From contig CM022669.1 in assembly GCA_012295275.1 (NCBI GenBank), positions 2,418,001 to 2,482,000 on the forward strand: a stretch of DNA of 64,000 nucleotides. The letters run 5' to 3'. This document shows positions 17,161 through 31,316 of this stretch, one piece after another (position 1 is the first letter of the stretch; the number at the start of each line of letters is the position of its first letter). The DNA comes from Chrysomallon squamiferum (Eukaryota; Animalia; Mollusca). Position numbers and translations under genes: made by a program. The notes beneath the pieces are model-generated. The model was given only the letters and a program-made list of their open reading frames with translations. It was not told where the DNA came from and made no database searches.

Positions 17161-17545
17161 AAACAACTAAGAATTTCAACAGATCCTCACTATAATCAAA
17201 TAACAATAGCTTAGACCAAAACACGATCACACTAACTTCATCTAGTATCAAAACAAGAAAGGAATTTTTTTACTTTAGTCATCGGTTCCTACGGTTGAAA
17301 TATTTCTCGCATTTTAGCCGTTCAAATCAAGCTTGCAGATGGAACAGCCAACTCCGGTTTAGTGAAAATAATTTACGAAGGAGAATCCGGCACGGTGTGC
17401 AGATCGTATGACCAGGACGTGGCCACTGTGGCCTGTGTGCAGCTTGGTTTCTTAGACGGAGAATTCAGGTATTTTAGTTCTCACATTTTTCTTCATTGGT
17501 TACACACCTTTTTGTCTCTCTTCTTCTTTCTTAAAAATAATAATC

Positions 17546-17590
<45 letters not shown>

Positions 17591-18047
17591 TTATTTTATT
17601 TCATTTTTTTAATACAATTGTTTTCTCCTTTTGTTCTTAGTTTTCTGTTTATATCATTAGTTTGTATTATCATCGTCATAGTTGTTGTCATCATCACTGT
17701 CGTCTACATCGTCGATATCATCATCATTGTCAACGTGGTTATAACGACATTTCTTTTCTTTTCTCACTCTGCTATAATTATTTCTGTTAGTGCTGCTGCT
17801 TAGACTGCTAATGCAATCACCATCACCAACATCACTACCACAGCGATTATTGAAATCACCTTCATAATGATTACAAGTACCACTACTATTATAACTACCA
17901 CTATTTTTAACTTTTCAGCAATTGCTACTAATACTACTGTTGCTGTTGCTGTTACTATACTACTTTAACAAAAACTATTACTGTTATTACTGATGATGTA
18001 TTATATCAATACTACTACTATTACTGCTACATACAATAATAATAATA

Positions 18048-18079
<32 letters not shown>

Positions 18080-21000
18080 GATGATGTTAATCATGATACC
18101 TCTACAACTACTATTACTTCGTCTAATATTATCAGTTACCATCACAAACACCATCAGCACTGCCTCTACTATTTCAATGCTGACACATTGCAAACAAAAA
18201 GAAACTGAGATGTGAAAATAAAATAGGACTGTTACTAAATAATTTTTTATTATATATATTATTATTATTATTATTATTATTTTCTTTAGACGACAGGTTT
18301 GTTTTGAGATTCTCACTGATATTAATTACCATTGTACAGTTACAACCTGAACAGGACTGGCAGCGGTGCGTTTCTCTCTGATCCGAAATGCAGCGGTGAC
18401 GAAACTTCTTTATTCCAGTGTGACAACTCGGGATGGAGAACAGATTCAGTTACCCAGTGTAAATTACTTGAAGTCAAGTGTTACAAGAACGGTACGATAG
18501 ATTTTCACTTATTTTCACAACGAAATATTTACACGTGTACTGTTTCATGCATGAAAATGTAAAGAATGTAATAATCTTCATGTAAATACGCATTTGTTTG
18601 TACGCAAGCACATGAGCATCTCTGTATATATGTATGTATGTATGGCTGTTTCTGCTCCCTGGGTGTGTATTTGGTGTCTTGTATAGAGATGGATATATTT
18701 GAGATTGGTGTGTATATTTGTGTACGTGACTGCATGTAGATATGTAAATTTGGAAACATGAAAGCGATTAATCCAAATCCCAATACAGTTATTGCAAATA
18801 TACTGCAGTTCGTCTAATGCGAGGTTACAGCAACGTCAACAGGACATCTGGTCAGGTGATGGTGTACAGTCGTAACCGGTGGTATCCTGTATGCAATGAT
18901 GGCTTTGGTATTTTCGAAGCCAATTTGGTATGCCGAGAACTGGGGTATGAGTATTTCAAACTGATTCCTGGCAGTGCATTTCGAAACGGCTACTACTACT
19001 CCAGCTATATATATACCTGCAGCAAATCGGAAAGCATTTTATCTGAGTGTAAGAACAAGACGGCCTACTTTTCATGTCACTCTGGAAGAGCTGGCTTGGC
19101 CTGCAGCAAATATCCTTTTACAGATGGTGAGTTCAAACAGTTATTACAACTTCTGCTGCTATAGTACTACTACTACTACTACTACTATTACTACTTCTAC
19201 TACTACTACTTTTACTACTACTACTACTACTATTAATACTATTATCGTATTAACTATTTCTAATACCATCAACACTGCTATACCTGGTTTTCTTGATTTC
19301 ATAGGCACCTCATCAACAATATCAAGAAACAGAAAATTTGAAAACATATTTATTTAATTCTCCATTTAGACTAAATGAAATTTTAATTGCTTCTTTTTTT
19401 CTTTTTTGCTTCAGAAATGAAAGTGAACCTCACGGCGAAATTCCCATCAGAAGTAATTGTGGATATCTATGGTCTTAAGGCCAGTTTCTGCAGACACTGG
19501 TGGACAGACCGCGAAGCAACAGTACTCTGTAGAGAAAAAGGTTACAACAAAGGGATTGCTTTTGGGTCAAGCGTTCTGAATAACTTTAGGCCATCAGTAT
19601 TTTTGAATATTACGTGTTCAGGCCAGGAATCTAGACTGGACAACTGTGCTGTCAATAAATCGTTGCAGGTTAAGTGTACCTCGTCGTACGAACCAGCAGT
19701 GTTTTGTTTGGAAAGTGGTAATACAGGTTTGTATGTGTTTTATTACTAAAAAGTAGCTTGATAGACAAATGTTATGATTTATTACAGACAAACATGGAAC
19801 ATCCAGTTCTAAATTTAATTACCTAATTTTCTGTAATAATAGTAATAATTAAAGTACTCATTCTTGTTTTTATTTTGATAAGTTGAGTACTGATTATTGT
19901 ACTGATTAACAATACTGATGACTACATTCTAATTTGTTAGATATATTAATTCAGATTCAGCATTTTCATTAAAGGCTTAACTTGTCACTGATATAATAAT
20001 CAAAAATAAATACTAGAGACACCACAGAATCTCCAGTACAAGCTGTCAAACTTTCTCGGAATTTTATGTGACTGTTTTCTGGAGTTTTTTTTTTTTTTTT
20101 TTTTTTTCAGGCTTTCAGCTTAGTCTGGAAAATGGCAACCTAAAAAAAGCTTTTTCAGGAAGAGTGGTGGTATCATACAAGGGGCAGAAAGGCGTCATCT
20201 GCGACAGCTACTTTTCAGACACTGATGCAGGCGTCGTGTGTCGGCAACTTGGCTTCACTGATGGGAAATCTTCCAGAACGTTTGGAAAAGGCTCGGGATA
20301 TGCTTGGATTAAATCTCCACGCTGCAGTGGAAAAGAAAAGGCAATCTGGATGTGTCCAAATTCAGGTTTCAATTCGACCTACTCGAGTTGCACTGCGCAT
20401 ACATACGACGCAGGCGTTATCTGCTCTGGAAGCAGTAAGTTTAATTTGATGAATTACAGTGTCTGATGTATTTGAATTATTATTAATATTATTATTATTA
20501 TTTTAATACATATATAAATTTCGTGATAACGGTGTATCGTCAGTATATGAAAATAAAATAATCCTATTACAATGTTTGAGCAACTAGCGTCCTCTTTGGT
20601 TGTTATATTATAAGATTGAGCAATAAATAAAACATCACTTGGAAATAAGTACAGAATATATTTAGACTGTTTCTTAATATCGCCAAATATAAACTTTAGA
20701 GGATATTAAAAACTGAATTAATATTCACAAAATTATTTCTGGTTAAAGTTAAATATTACTCTACAACCTAATTTGGTTAAATATTATTTTTAAATATTTA
20801 TTTCAATATTTCAGTTCGTCTGTCTAAATCTGAAACATACGGTGCTGTACAGATTAAATTGCCTAAATCTACCACCTACAGCTTGATCTGCTCTGACTCC
20901 TTTGACGACAGGGATGCCACTGTAGTTTGCAACGAGTTAGGTTACTCTTACGGAATAAGTTTCTGCTGTTCCGCATTTGGCCGGCAGTTTTATGAAATTG

Positions 21001-21303
21001 GAATCACCGATCTTCAGTGCACGGGTCAGGAACCGAGTGTATTGCTCTGTCCGTACAAAACGACGTTAACAAACTGTTCAAGTATGCAGTATGCGTCAGT
21101 ACTCTGCTCCAGCGTGGGGCCCAGTGCGGGTAAGTAGACATCACGTCATTTGTAAAATACTTTATTAAGTCTAATCTTCTTCTTTTTCTTCTTCTTTACT
21201 AATTTATATCATAAGTTTCATTTTTTGTGCTTGTTTGATTGCTCAGAAAGATTTTAGAATTATTCGTATATTGTACTTATGGTGGTTGATAAAATGATGA
21301 TGA

Positions 21304-21368
<65 letters not shown>

Positions 21369-24300
21369 GCTCAGGATATCAACTGAGAATTGTCAACGGC
21401 TCCTATGGTACTGTGATGCTGAAGTACATGAACACGTGGGGTTACATATGTCCTGACAATTTCACCACTAAAGACGCGACCGTCATCTGCAAAGAGATAG
21501 GATACGCGGGCGGCGATGCTTTCACAGTCACCTTGAACAACAACAACTACGTCGCATGGTTAGATAACTTGCAGTGTGATGGGTCAGAGATAAGCCTGTC
21601 ACGTTGCCGTGGTGTCATATTTGGAAAAGCTGACCACTGCGTGTCTAGTGGTGCTGCCGCTGTTGTCTGTTACAAGAACAAAGGTTAGATCTGACAGCTG
21701 AGAAAGAAAACAAATATGTACATTTATGATTATATATCCTATTCAGGTGTGTGTGTGCGTGTGTATGTGTGTGTTACATATATGAAACCGTGTTAGTCTA
21801 TCTATATATATATGTGTGTGTGTAAGTATATAATTATATACACACATATATATAATTATATACACACACATATATATATATATACAATACATATATTTGT
21901 ATGCATTATAATAATTATTATTATTATTATAAATAATAAAATTCTTAATTTAACTGGTTTCAGCACAGGAAGTCAAATATAGGGTAAAAATGAGTGACGG
22001 GGTAAGCGGAGTGATACAAGTTTTCATGCAAGGAGTCTGGGGCTCTGTATGCGCTGATTACTACTTTGACGATGACGCCGCCAACGTACTCTGCAAAATG
22101 ACTGGCATTTACAAAGGGGGAGTTAAAGCTACGTCAGAAATTTCTGATGGTTCTCGTGTTTTACTCAGTGAAATCCACTGTTACGAAAATGACTTGACTA
22201 TAAGTACGTGTCGTTTGACTCTGATGGGTCGCTGTCGATCCTATTACAAGCCTTTGGCGAGGGTAAAATGTTTCACTACAGGTAATTTTAACGATTTAGG
22301 AGGGTAGTTTACAAATTTAAATAGATAAATTACTGGGGGGGTTTTAAATTTCATTTCTAATTTCAGTACGTTTATATATCTTATTCCGTTTCCGAGTTAA
22401 AATTTATTCATAAGGTAAAGTAAATTTATAAGTTAATGGTATAATAAAAAATTTGAGTATGTAAGATATGAAGAATATTTAAGAACATGCAGTTTAATAT
22501 AAATTAATAACGTTGTTTATCATTTTAAGAACATTTTGACTACGCCGACAAATTCAAAAATATTAATATATTTAAAAAAATAAAGTAAGAAAATAAATTA
22601 ATTTAGAAAATTTGTTTTCCTTTCTTTGAAGTTCGTCTTTCTGGCACAAACTACGGACAAGGTCTAATAAACCTGAATGATCAGTGGATGACGCTGTGCG
22701 ACACCAACTTCGACAACACCGCCGCGAAGGTGATGTGTAAGCAAATGGGATTTAAAGATGGATTGGCTCAGTGTTGTTCGGCTATAGGGGAGGTGACTGG
22801 TACAGCTAATAAAACCGCCACAATAAACAAGTGTTCTGGGAGCGAGAAAACGTTGCAGGACTGTAACTACACGATCAGTGCCACGTGTGCATCCAGCCAC
22901 TACGTGACGGTCTACTGCTCTCAAACAGCCATCACTAAACAAGGTGAGCTTTAATTTATTCTAAAAGTTTTACTCTGGCTGCCTTTCTGTCTGTTTATAT
23001 CTGTTGATTTATTTATATATTTCTCTCTTTGGTATTTTCTATCTACCTACCTATATATCTCTATATCTCTCTGTCTGTCTGTCTGTCTGTATCGCTGTTT
23101 GACTATATATCTATCTAATTACGTAAGTATATATTTATGTTTGTAAGAGTATGTACGAATCTGAACAGGCAATACGGAAAGACGGACAATTACATTATAA
23201 GACCGACTAATCCATGTCTCAGACAAATGTAAATATTTTTATTCGTTTCAGACATCGTCGTCAAAATGTTAAAGAGTTCTGCCTATTACGGGACAATTAT
23301 GGTCAATCGAACTGGATTCTTGGGTCCGGTTTGTGACATTGGATGGTCGGACAGAGAGGCCAATGTATCCTGCAAGCAAATGGATTGGAAAGGTGGAGTG
23401 GCTGCCTACGGCACCATCAACTCACATGAGCCTATGGTGACTGGTGGTATAAAATGTAAGGGAGGAGAAGACAATTTAAACCAGTGTGTAACCAATGACG
23501 GTTCTACTGCCTGTTCCTACAAACTCAGTTACGGTCGAAGAGCCGCGGGTGTTCTGTGTTATAACAGTGGTGAGTAACGTTATGCTGTCTCCACTTCTTT
23601 GTATATATATATCTATGTATTTGTTGGTATAGATGTATTATGTATGTATGTATGTATGTATGTTGGTATGCAAGTACGTATGTATGTAGGTATGTTTGTA
23701 CGTACGTATGTACGTATGTAGGTATGTATGTACGTACGTATGTATGTATGTATGTATGTGTGTATATATGTATGTAATAAACTTTCATATATACATACTT
23801 ACATACAAACATAACATCACACATACATACATACATAAATGCATACATAGCCATACATACAAAGAAATCTATATATATATATTAAACTTCATAAATAATG
23901 AATCTTGCAATTTCAACTTTGAGATAACGAGATAATTTAAAGTAATTATGCAAAGCATTTTTTTTTTTTTTTTTTTTCTTGTTTATTTTTTGTTGTTTTT
24001 TATATATGTGTCAATTGGTACACGGAATATTATTTCTAATTTCCATTTTTGGAATGTCTGTATCAAAGAGCTATTTTGCTTACATCAACGAAAGAAGTAA
24101 ATATACTTGCGAAACATAAATACTTTTATTTTCAGGCTTACAAATAAATTTACTTGACGGAGACGGAAAATCGTACGGCTATGTTGAACTTTTATACGAC
24201 AAACAAAAAGGCAAAATTTGCAATACTTTTTTTGGATCGAACGAAGCCTCTGTTTTGTGTCGTCAGCTCGGTTTTGAAAACGGGAAAGTGTCGTACTTGC

Positions 24301-25687
24301 TCCCATACCGTCGACCTACGTACAGCAAACTGTGGATGAATTACATAGACTGCAAGGGAAACGAATCTTCCATTTTCCAGTGCAAACACAAATGGTACAG
24401 CAGCTATAAATCATACTGTAGGCCGGTTCAGTTACGGTGCTATAGTTCAAGTGAGTACATCCTTATTAGACGTTGGAAAGTATATATTCACGCACACATT
24501 CACGTACGCGCACACGAATATTTTAGGTCACTGAAGTAGGCAGTCATATACATATCAATCCTTGGAACTGGAAATTATATAAATATAAGCCATTGTAATA
24601 AATAATTACATCAATACCAGTCGCTGGGATACATTATTGCAAATATGTCAGATTTACTTTCAAAATTTTTGAAGGTCACTCAGTGATAAATAAAATTTCT
24701 TTAGCAACAGTAAATACATTTAAATGTTACGGAAAGGCAATATATTTAACAAACTACATTTTCTAAACTGTTGCAGTCGTACTCAGTGGCGGTAATTTGA
24801 CGTACGGAGTAATCAGCTATAAACCGTACGGAGTTTGGGGAACTATATGTGAATCTGGTTGGACGAAAGAAAATACACGTATGTTTACAACGTATTACTA
24901 ATTATAAGGCTGACGTAATAGATTTCATTTTACAGAATAGTTCTGGGTTGACATGATATACTGGAGTTTGCAGGTTGATTTAATAGATTATAATTAACAA
25001 AATAATGCAATGTTGACGTAATATTCTTGAATTTAAAGAATTGTATAAGGTTGACATAATACATTTCCTTTGAGTTTTTACAAAGCAGTACAGAGTTGAC
25101 TTAATAAATATATAGTACAAAAAGGTTCTTAAGCTTTCACAGTAGTACAGGACGGAAATAAAAGAAAAGGCTTGACATAATACAAAGTTATAATAAAAAA
25201 AAAGCATTTTTTTATTTAAATTGGTTAACACCCGTATATTTTGAACAAACAATTTCAGAGGTCGCGTGTCGGGATCTCGGCTTCATGTATGGAAAATACA
25301 TTTGCTGTGGAGCTATCTATGACAAAGGAATTTCAGTCGTCGTTGATGTGAAGTGTAATGGCAGTGAAAAGCATCTGTCTGAATGTTCGTACAAACAGAG
25401 GACGATTGAGGACTGCACGGTGTATAAAGCAGCAGTGGCGTGCTTCAATGAAACACCAACTACGAGTAAATTCAACATCGTCTGTGATTTAATATAAAGT
25501 ATCTGTGTTCATAATAACATGAACGAACACTCCCAATAAGAGCACTGAAGGATAATTTACTACGATATACAAAATTATGTCATAATGTAGTGTTAAATTA
25601 AGTATGATAACTGCAAGGGTTTCAGTATTCATATAAATTAGCTTTAATTCTGATTTCAGTCTAAACATATATCGACATCATCATTAA

Positions 25688-25739
<52 letters not shown>

Positions 25740-26619
25740 CTACTATTATTATATACTGTTACTATTACTACACATAAACGACTACAAATATTTTTCAGTA
25801 CTTGTAAAATACTTTTATATATTCTGTCTCGTGATCATATTCCTGATTCTGACCATATGTGTGCCTGTTTGTCTCTAATATCATTTAGCTTATTCTGTCT
25901 GTTTTTATTTTTAATTTTTTTTTAAACTTTTATTTATTTATTTATTTACTTATTTTCTTAATCAAACTCAGTTTTTTCACATATTCTTATGAAATGTTGC
26001 AGATTTCACTTGGCAACTGGAGGGCGGCAACAACTACACCGGCAGCGTTATCATCTCTTACATGGGCATAAAGGGTAGGGTCTGTCCTGACGGGTGGGAC
26101 GACAGGGACGCGCGGGTGGCCTGCAGAGAGCTGGGATATGAAAAGGGCACGACATACATCCACTACCACACCACACAAGACTCGAGAAAGGGGCCGCTGT
26201 GGACCTCTAACGTGAAGTGCAACGGGACTGAGAGACGTCTGACGGAGTGCGACATGGACCCGATAGGAGAAGTGATGACGTGTTCATCAAAACACTCTGC
26301 AGGTCTTCTGTGCTTTAACAAAGAAGGTAAATCTTGTGCTTGGTTTCTGTAAACGTGTCCCTGCGTACACCATTAACTGACTTTGTACCTTTTCACTGTC
26401 CATCATGAATGCGACGACGTTACGACTAGGTCCAGGGAAAAATGACAGCATACAGATATTTTTTAACTGTTCTTATTTTTTTTTACTTCTTTGTTGCACT
26501 AGCGATGTTAATTAAGATCGGACGGAAGAAAAAGTACACACTTGTAATCATACAGAATATGTTTCGATTATTTCTTCATATCATCAAAGCTATTTCCGTT
26601 TCTCTCTATCGTCAGTAAC

Positions 26620-26671
<52 letters not shown>

Positions 26672-27631
26672 GATAATAAATTTAATTAATTAATACACCA
26701 TCTCAAAACATTAATATTAACGACTAGACGCACAAGAGAGGAAACCCGTTTCCGTTTTTCTTATCTATTAGCAGCAAATGTTATTTTATATACATCTTCA
26801 CAAAATATATTCCTTTGATAACCAGATATGGAGGGGGAAATAATCCGTTTGGATTATATGTCAGGCTAGCATTATAAAACCGTTTTATTTTTACTACATT
26901 ATTCCCATCATAAACTGAAATCGTTCTAATGAAACTAATAATATCTTGCTTTTGTCTAATCTCTTCCATTTATATCACAGAAACCTTTACACTAGATGCG
27001 GAAGCTGTTGATGCTGTTATTATCATCATCATACATGTTACTGTAGTAGTAGTAGTAGTACTTTACACACACACATACTGATGAAAAATGCTAATTTCGC
27101 TTCACAAATTACTATTTCAGGTGTATTCTACAGCTTGGCCGGAAACAAATCAAATATGGGGGTAGTGGAAGTTACTGTGGATGGCGTGGTGGGTACGATA
27201 TGTGACAAAACGTTTGATTTCCATACAGCTAATGTATTGTGCAAGTCTTTGGGGTTTGTGGAAGGTGAAATGGAGACGATTAGTAACCAAGCTGACGTGC
27301 CTTCCATGGTGTACGAAGGAGCGTTTCACTGCACGGGGACGGAGTCCAGCCTTTCTGAGTGCCCGCACACCGGCTGGCAGGCGACCACCAGCTACTACTG
27401 CAGACACCACTTTGCTGACGCCGCTGTCAGCTGTTACGGCAAAGGTAAATACTGAACGCGGATAGAGTGGGAAATAAAACCAAAAAAGTAATAATAATAA
27501 TAATAATAAACAAGAAAAAGAAAATTAATTTAAAAAAAAATTAAATAAATAATAAAGCTTACAAAATAAAATATATAAACCTTTTTTTTTTCTTTGTCTT
27601 ATGGCTATGATAATATTATTGTTATTATATC

Positions 27632-27679
<48 letters not shown>

Positions 27680-28330
27680 AGTCAAACTGGGCCTTCGGTA
27701 TCAGCTTTCTCTAAGTGCGGGACCCGTACGTTACTACTACGACAAAACCTGGTACTCGGTGTGTGACAAAGGCTTCAACGACGTCAGCGCCAGCAGAGTG
27801 TGCAGAGACCTGGGTTTCGTAGACGGAGTCTCAATCTGCTGCTCTGCATACGGTAACCTTGACAGTCACCACGAGTACAGCCCTATCCCAGCGTTCACGA
27901 CTAACATCAGCATGGTTTGTTCTGGAGGAGAAGACAGCAGTGAGGAATGTGTGACAACAGGCAAGTGCGAGACTCGACAGTACGCGTCAGTCGCCTGCTT
28001 CAACGGATCCAAAGTAGACGAAAGTGAGTACAGCTCAGGTCTTTGTCAGTGTGTCAGTTTGTGCTCAGTTCAGTTTTACTGAGCTAGTAGGAAATGTAGA
28101 ACTTGTTGTAGAGGAAGACGTAGACTATGACTATGATGATAAATAAATAAATCAAATAAAAACAAATAAAAGATTTAAATATTGAACAACTTTTTCTTTA
28201 TTCTGTTGAAAATACAACTTTAATATAGTCTTGCATTACTAGAAATATACATAAGCAATTACATTTTCTGCAATTTTTATTTGATATATATATATGACGT
28301 AATAACCACTCTGTTTTTATTATCATTAAA

Positions 28331-28362
<32 letters not shown>

Positions 28363-31266
28363 GTAATATTTTATTGCATAGGTTACAAGTTTGACATGGG
28401 TAAAAAGGCTTCAACTACGGTTGTGGCAAGACATTACAACTACGATGGCAGAATCTGCAACACTATGTGGGATGACACAGACGCCAGCGTGTTTTGTAAA
28501 AGCCACAATTTCGATGATGGTATAGCCTATCACTACGACGTGGGAAGCAAGCTTCCTGACTTCACTCAGCCTTTCTGGATCAGCAGTGTCAACTGCACCG
28601 GCAAAGAGAACCAACTTGTCAACTGTTCTTTCAACGATCGTTTATCACTGGGAAACTGCAGTAACGCAAAGGTCGCCAGCGCGTTGTGTTTCAACGGCGA
28701 ACAAAGTAGGTGCCTCTTCTTTTTTTTTCTTTTTTTGTATTGCTCCTGCTGTCTCCAGCATTATATGTATGTGTATTTCCTTCTTAGCTTTGAAATATGA
28801 CAGAAGCAACAACACAGCTAACGTGTATTCTTGTACTGTAGGTATAGATTATCGAATGATTGGAGGAGCCACTTATGGGCGTGTTGAAATGTCGGTAGGC
28901 GGCGTGTGGGGTACAGTCTGTGACAAATACTGGGACAATAACGAGGCGAGAGTCTTTTGCAGACAGAGAGGGTTTGATGATGGCTACGCTCTTGGTTCAG
29001 CTTACTATGGTAGAGGAACAGGCCCTGTTTGGCTAAGTCACCTTACATGTACTGGTAATGAAGCCAACATACACAGCTGTCCTCATAAAGGTTTTCAGGA
29101 AGAAGTGGTTGATGATACATCATTTTTCCCTGACGTCTGTGAGAGTCATGCCGATGATGCCTCCGTGTACTGCATCAAATCATGTATGTTCTTCTTAATC
29201 GTTAAGAAAATGATCTACATTTAATACATTTCCCTTTACTTTATTATCAGTGTCAATGTTTTCAATGTATTGTATGCCAAAACATCTGTTTTAGTAAGAA
29301 ACAATTTTTATTTTAACTGTGCTTATTTTATCATTATCGTTTCTCAGTTATTGCTTTTAAATAAAATCTTTATGCGTACTTCTCTCTTTATTTAATAAAT
29401 GCCTCTAGTTAGGTATTTATTTATTTATTTATTAAAAATGCCATTATACCTCTATCTTCCTTCCTGTCCCTCTCTGCCTCATATAATTATGTATATATGA
29501 GAGAACGAGAGAGAGACTTTTTCTATCTATCTCTGTTTGATTGGGTTTATTTTATTGTCAGTACGACTCAGCTTTGGACTAAACGCCACACAGGGAGCAG
29601 TTGAGATTTACCAGAAAAATCAGTGGACTTTGGTTTGTGCTGATGGATTTAATGCAAATTCTGCACAGGTACATTTTACAGTTTTAGCTGTTATTAAAAT
29701 TCTCGTTGCAGCTGCTATTAAAGTTCTAATGTCAGTTATTAAAATAATATGTGTGAGTGTGTGCGTACGAGTGTGTGTTTTTAAAATTCTACTTACATAT
29801 GTTATTAAAGTTCTAATGTCAGTTATTAAAATAATATGTGTGAGTGTGTGCGTACGAGTGTGTGTTTTTAAAATTCTACTTACATATGTTATTAAAGTTC
29901 TACCTATATGTTATTAAAGTTATATGTAAGTTATTAAAATAATACTTATGTGTTATTAAAGTTATATGTATATTTATATGTTATCAATGGTCTAGTTTCA
30001 ACTGTTACTAATAGTTATATTTATATTTATATATGTTATCAGCGCTCTGGTTTTAGCTGTTATAAAGATGTTTCTGTAACAAACACACAAGTTTTTAACA
30101 GCATTGCTACTGTTTATCAGGAAATGTCGTACTATACTTTAACTAAAAATAACTTTAATAATTATTCACATTACGCACATAATTTATTAAATCATTATTT
30201 TCATTACATTCATAAAAAGTCCGGTACTGCATGCATATATGTGTATGTGCTAGTGTGTGAATGTGTATATGCATATATATATATATGTATATATGTGCGG
30301 ATATAAGCTTATCCTTTGAAACATATTTCTGTTATAGGTTGTTTGCAGACAGTTAAAATTCAGCCATGGAATCGATCTGACCAATTCTAACTTTGGCGAA
30401 ATCCACGCTCCTGTAGGAATTTCCAAACTTGAATGTACTGGCTCCGAGACAGACATCTCTCAGTGTAAAACAACACCGTCAACTTCGTGTGACAGCAACA
30501 AGTATGCCGGAGTTATCTGTTCACACAAACAGTTTGTTGCCTCAGGTAATTTCATTTCACTATTATTGCTTGATAAAGCCATGCAACGCATGTACGCACA
30601 CATACATTCATAAATACATATATACAACTATATATACGATTTGCTAATAAGAGATCTAAATAATAATAAATTTAAGAAAACAAAATTTTTATTGCAAAAA
30701 AATAGTTTTAGGTGAAACCACATTAGATATGTTTGAAAAGTTATTTGATTGAAGCATGTCAGAAATTATCCATCCACACACAAACACGCGCGCGCGCGCG
30801 TCAAGACATACATACACAAACAGATAGGACAACAACGAGAAAAACATTCAAATATTGTTTTTTCACAGGTTTCAAGATGTCAATAATACCCGAAGACCCT
30901 ACCCAGCCCTTCTATGGGAGGCTGCAGGTGGAGAAGCAAGGGGTAAACGGCAGCGTCTGTATGAAGGGATTTGGACAAAAGGAAGCCTCCGTAGTTTGTA
31001 GATATTTTGGCTATGCTGGAGGTGTACCGATGGACACTCAGTTTGATATATACAATTATCTGCTAGGAGGTAAGCTGGTTAGAGAAAACGAACTTCCAAT
31101 AATCATGGCTGACGTGCAGTGCACAGGCACAGAAAAAACACTCCTCAGTTGTAAGTGGGCGTCTGAAGCAAAGGACTGTGGATATGCGTCAAAAAGAGCT
31201 GGGGTTCTGTGTTACAATGGTACCAATGGTAAGTCGAATAAACGTAATTCAAAGATTTTAATTACA

Positions 31267-31316
<50 letters not shown>

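Noticed and set aside
24136-24450. Apparent frameshift or pseudo-exon suggested by overlapping ORFs 24154 and 24255
   Set aside because: Reading from the 24135 acceptor gives one uninterrupted SRCR frame.
28586-29224. 212-aa ORF as an extended exon or retained intron
   Set aside because: Its first part is an off-frame reading of exon 25 plus a 136-nt intron; retention would hit a stop at 28798-28800 in the exon 25 frame.
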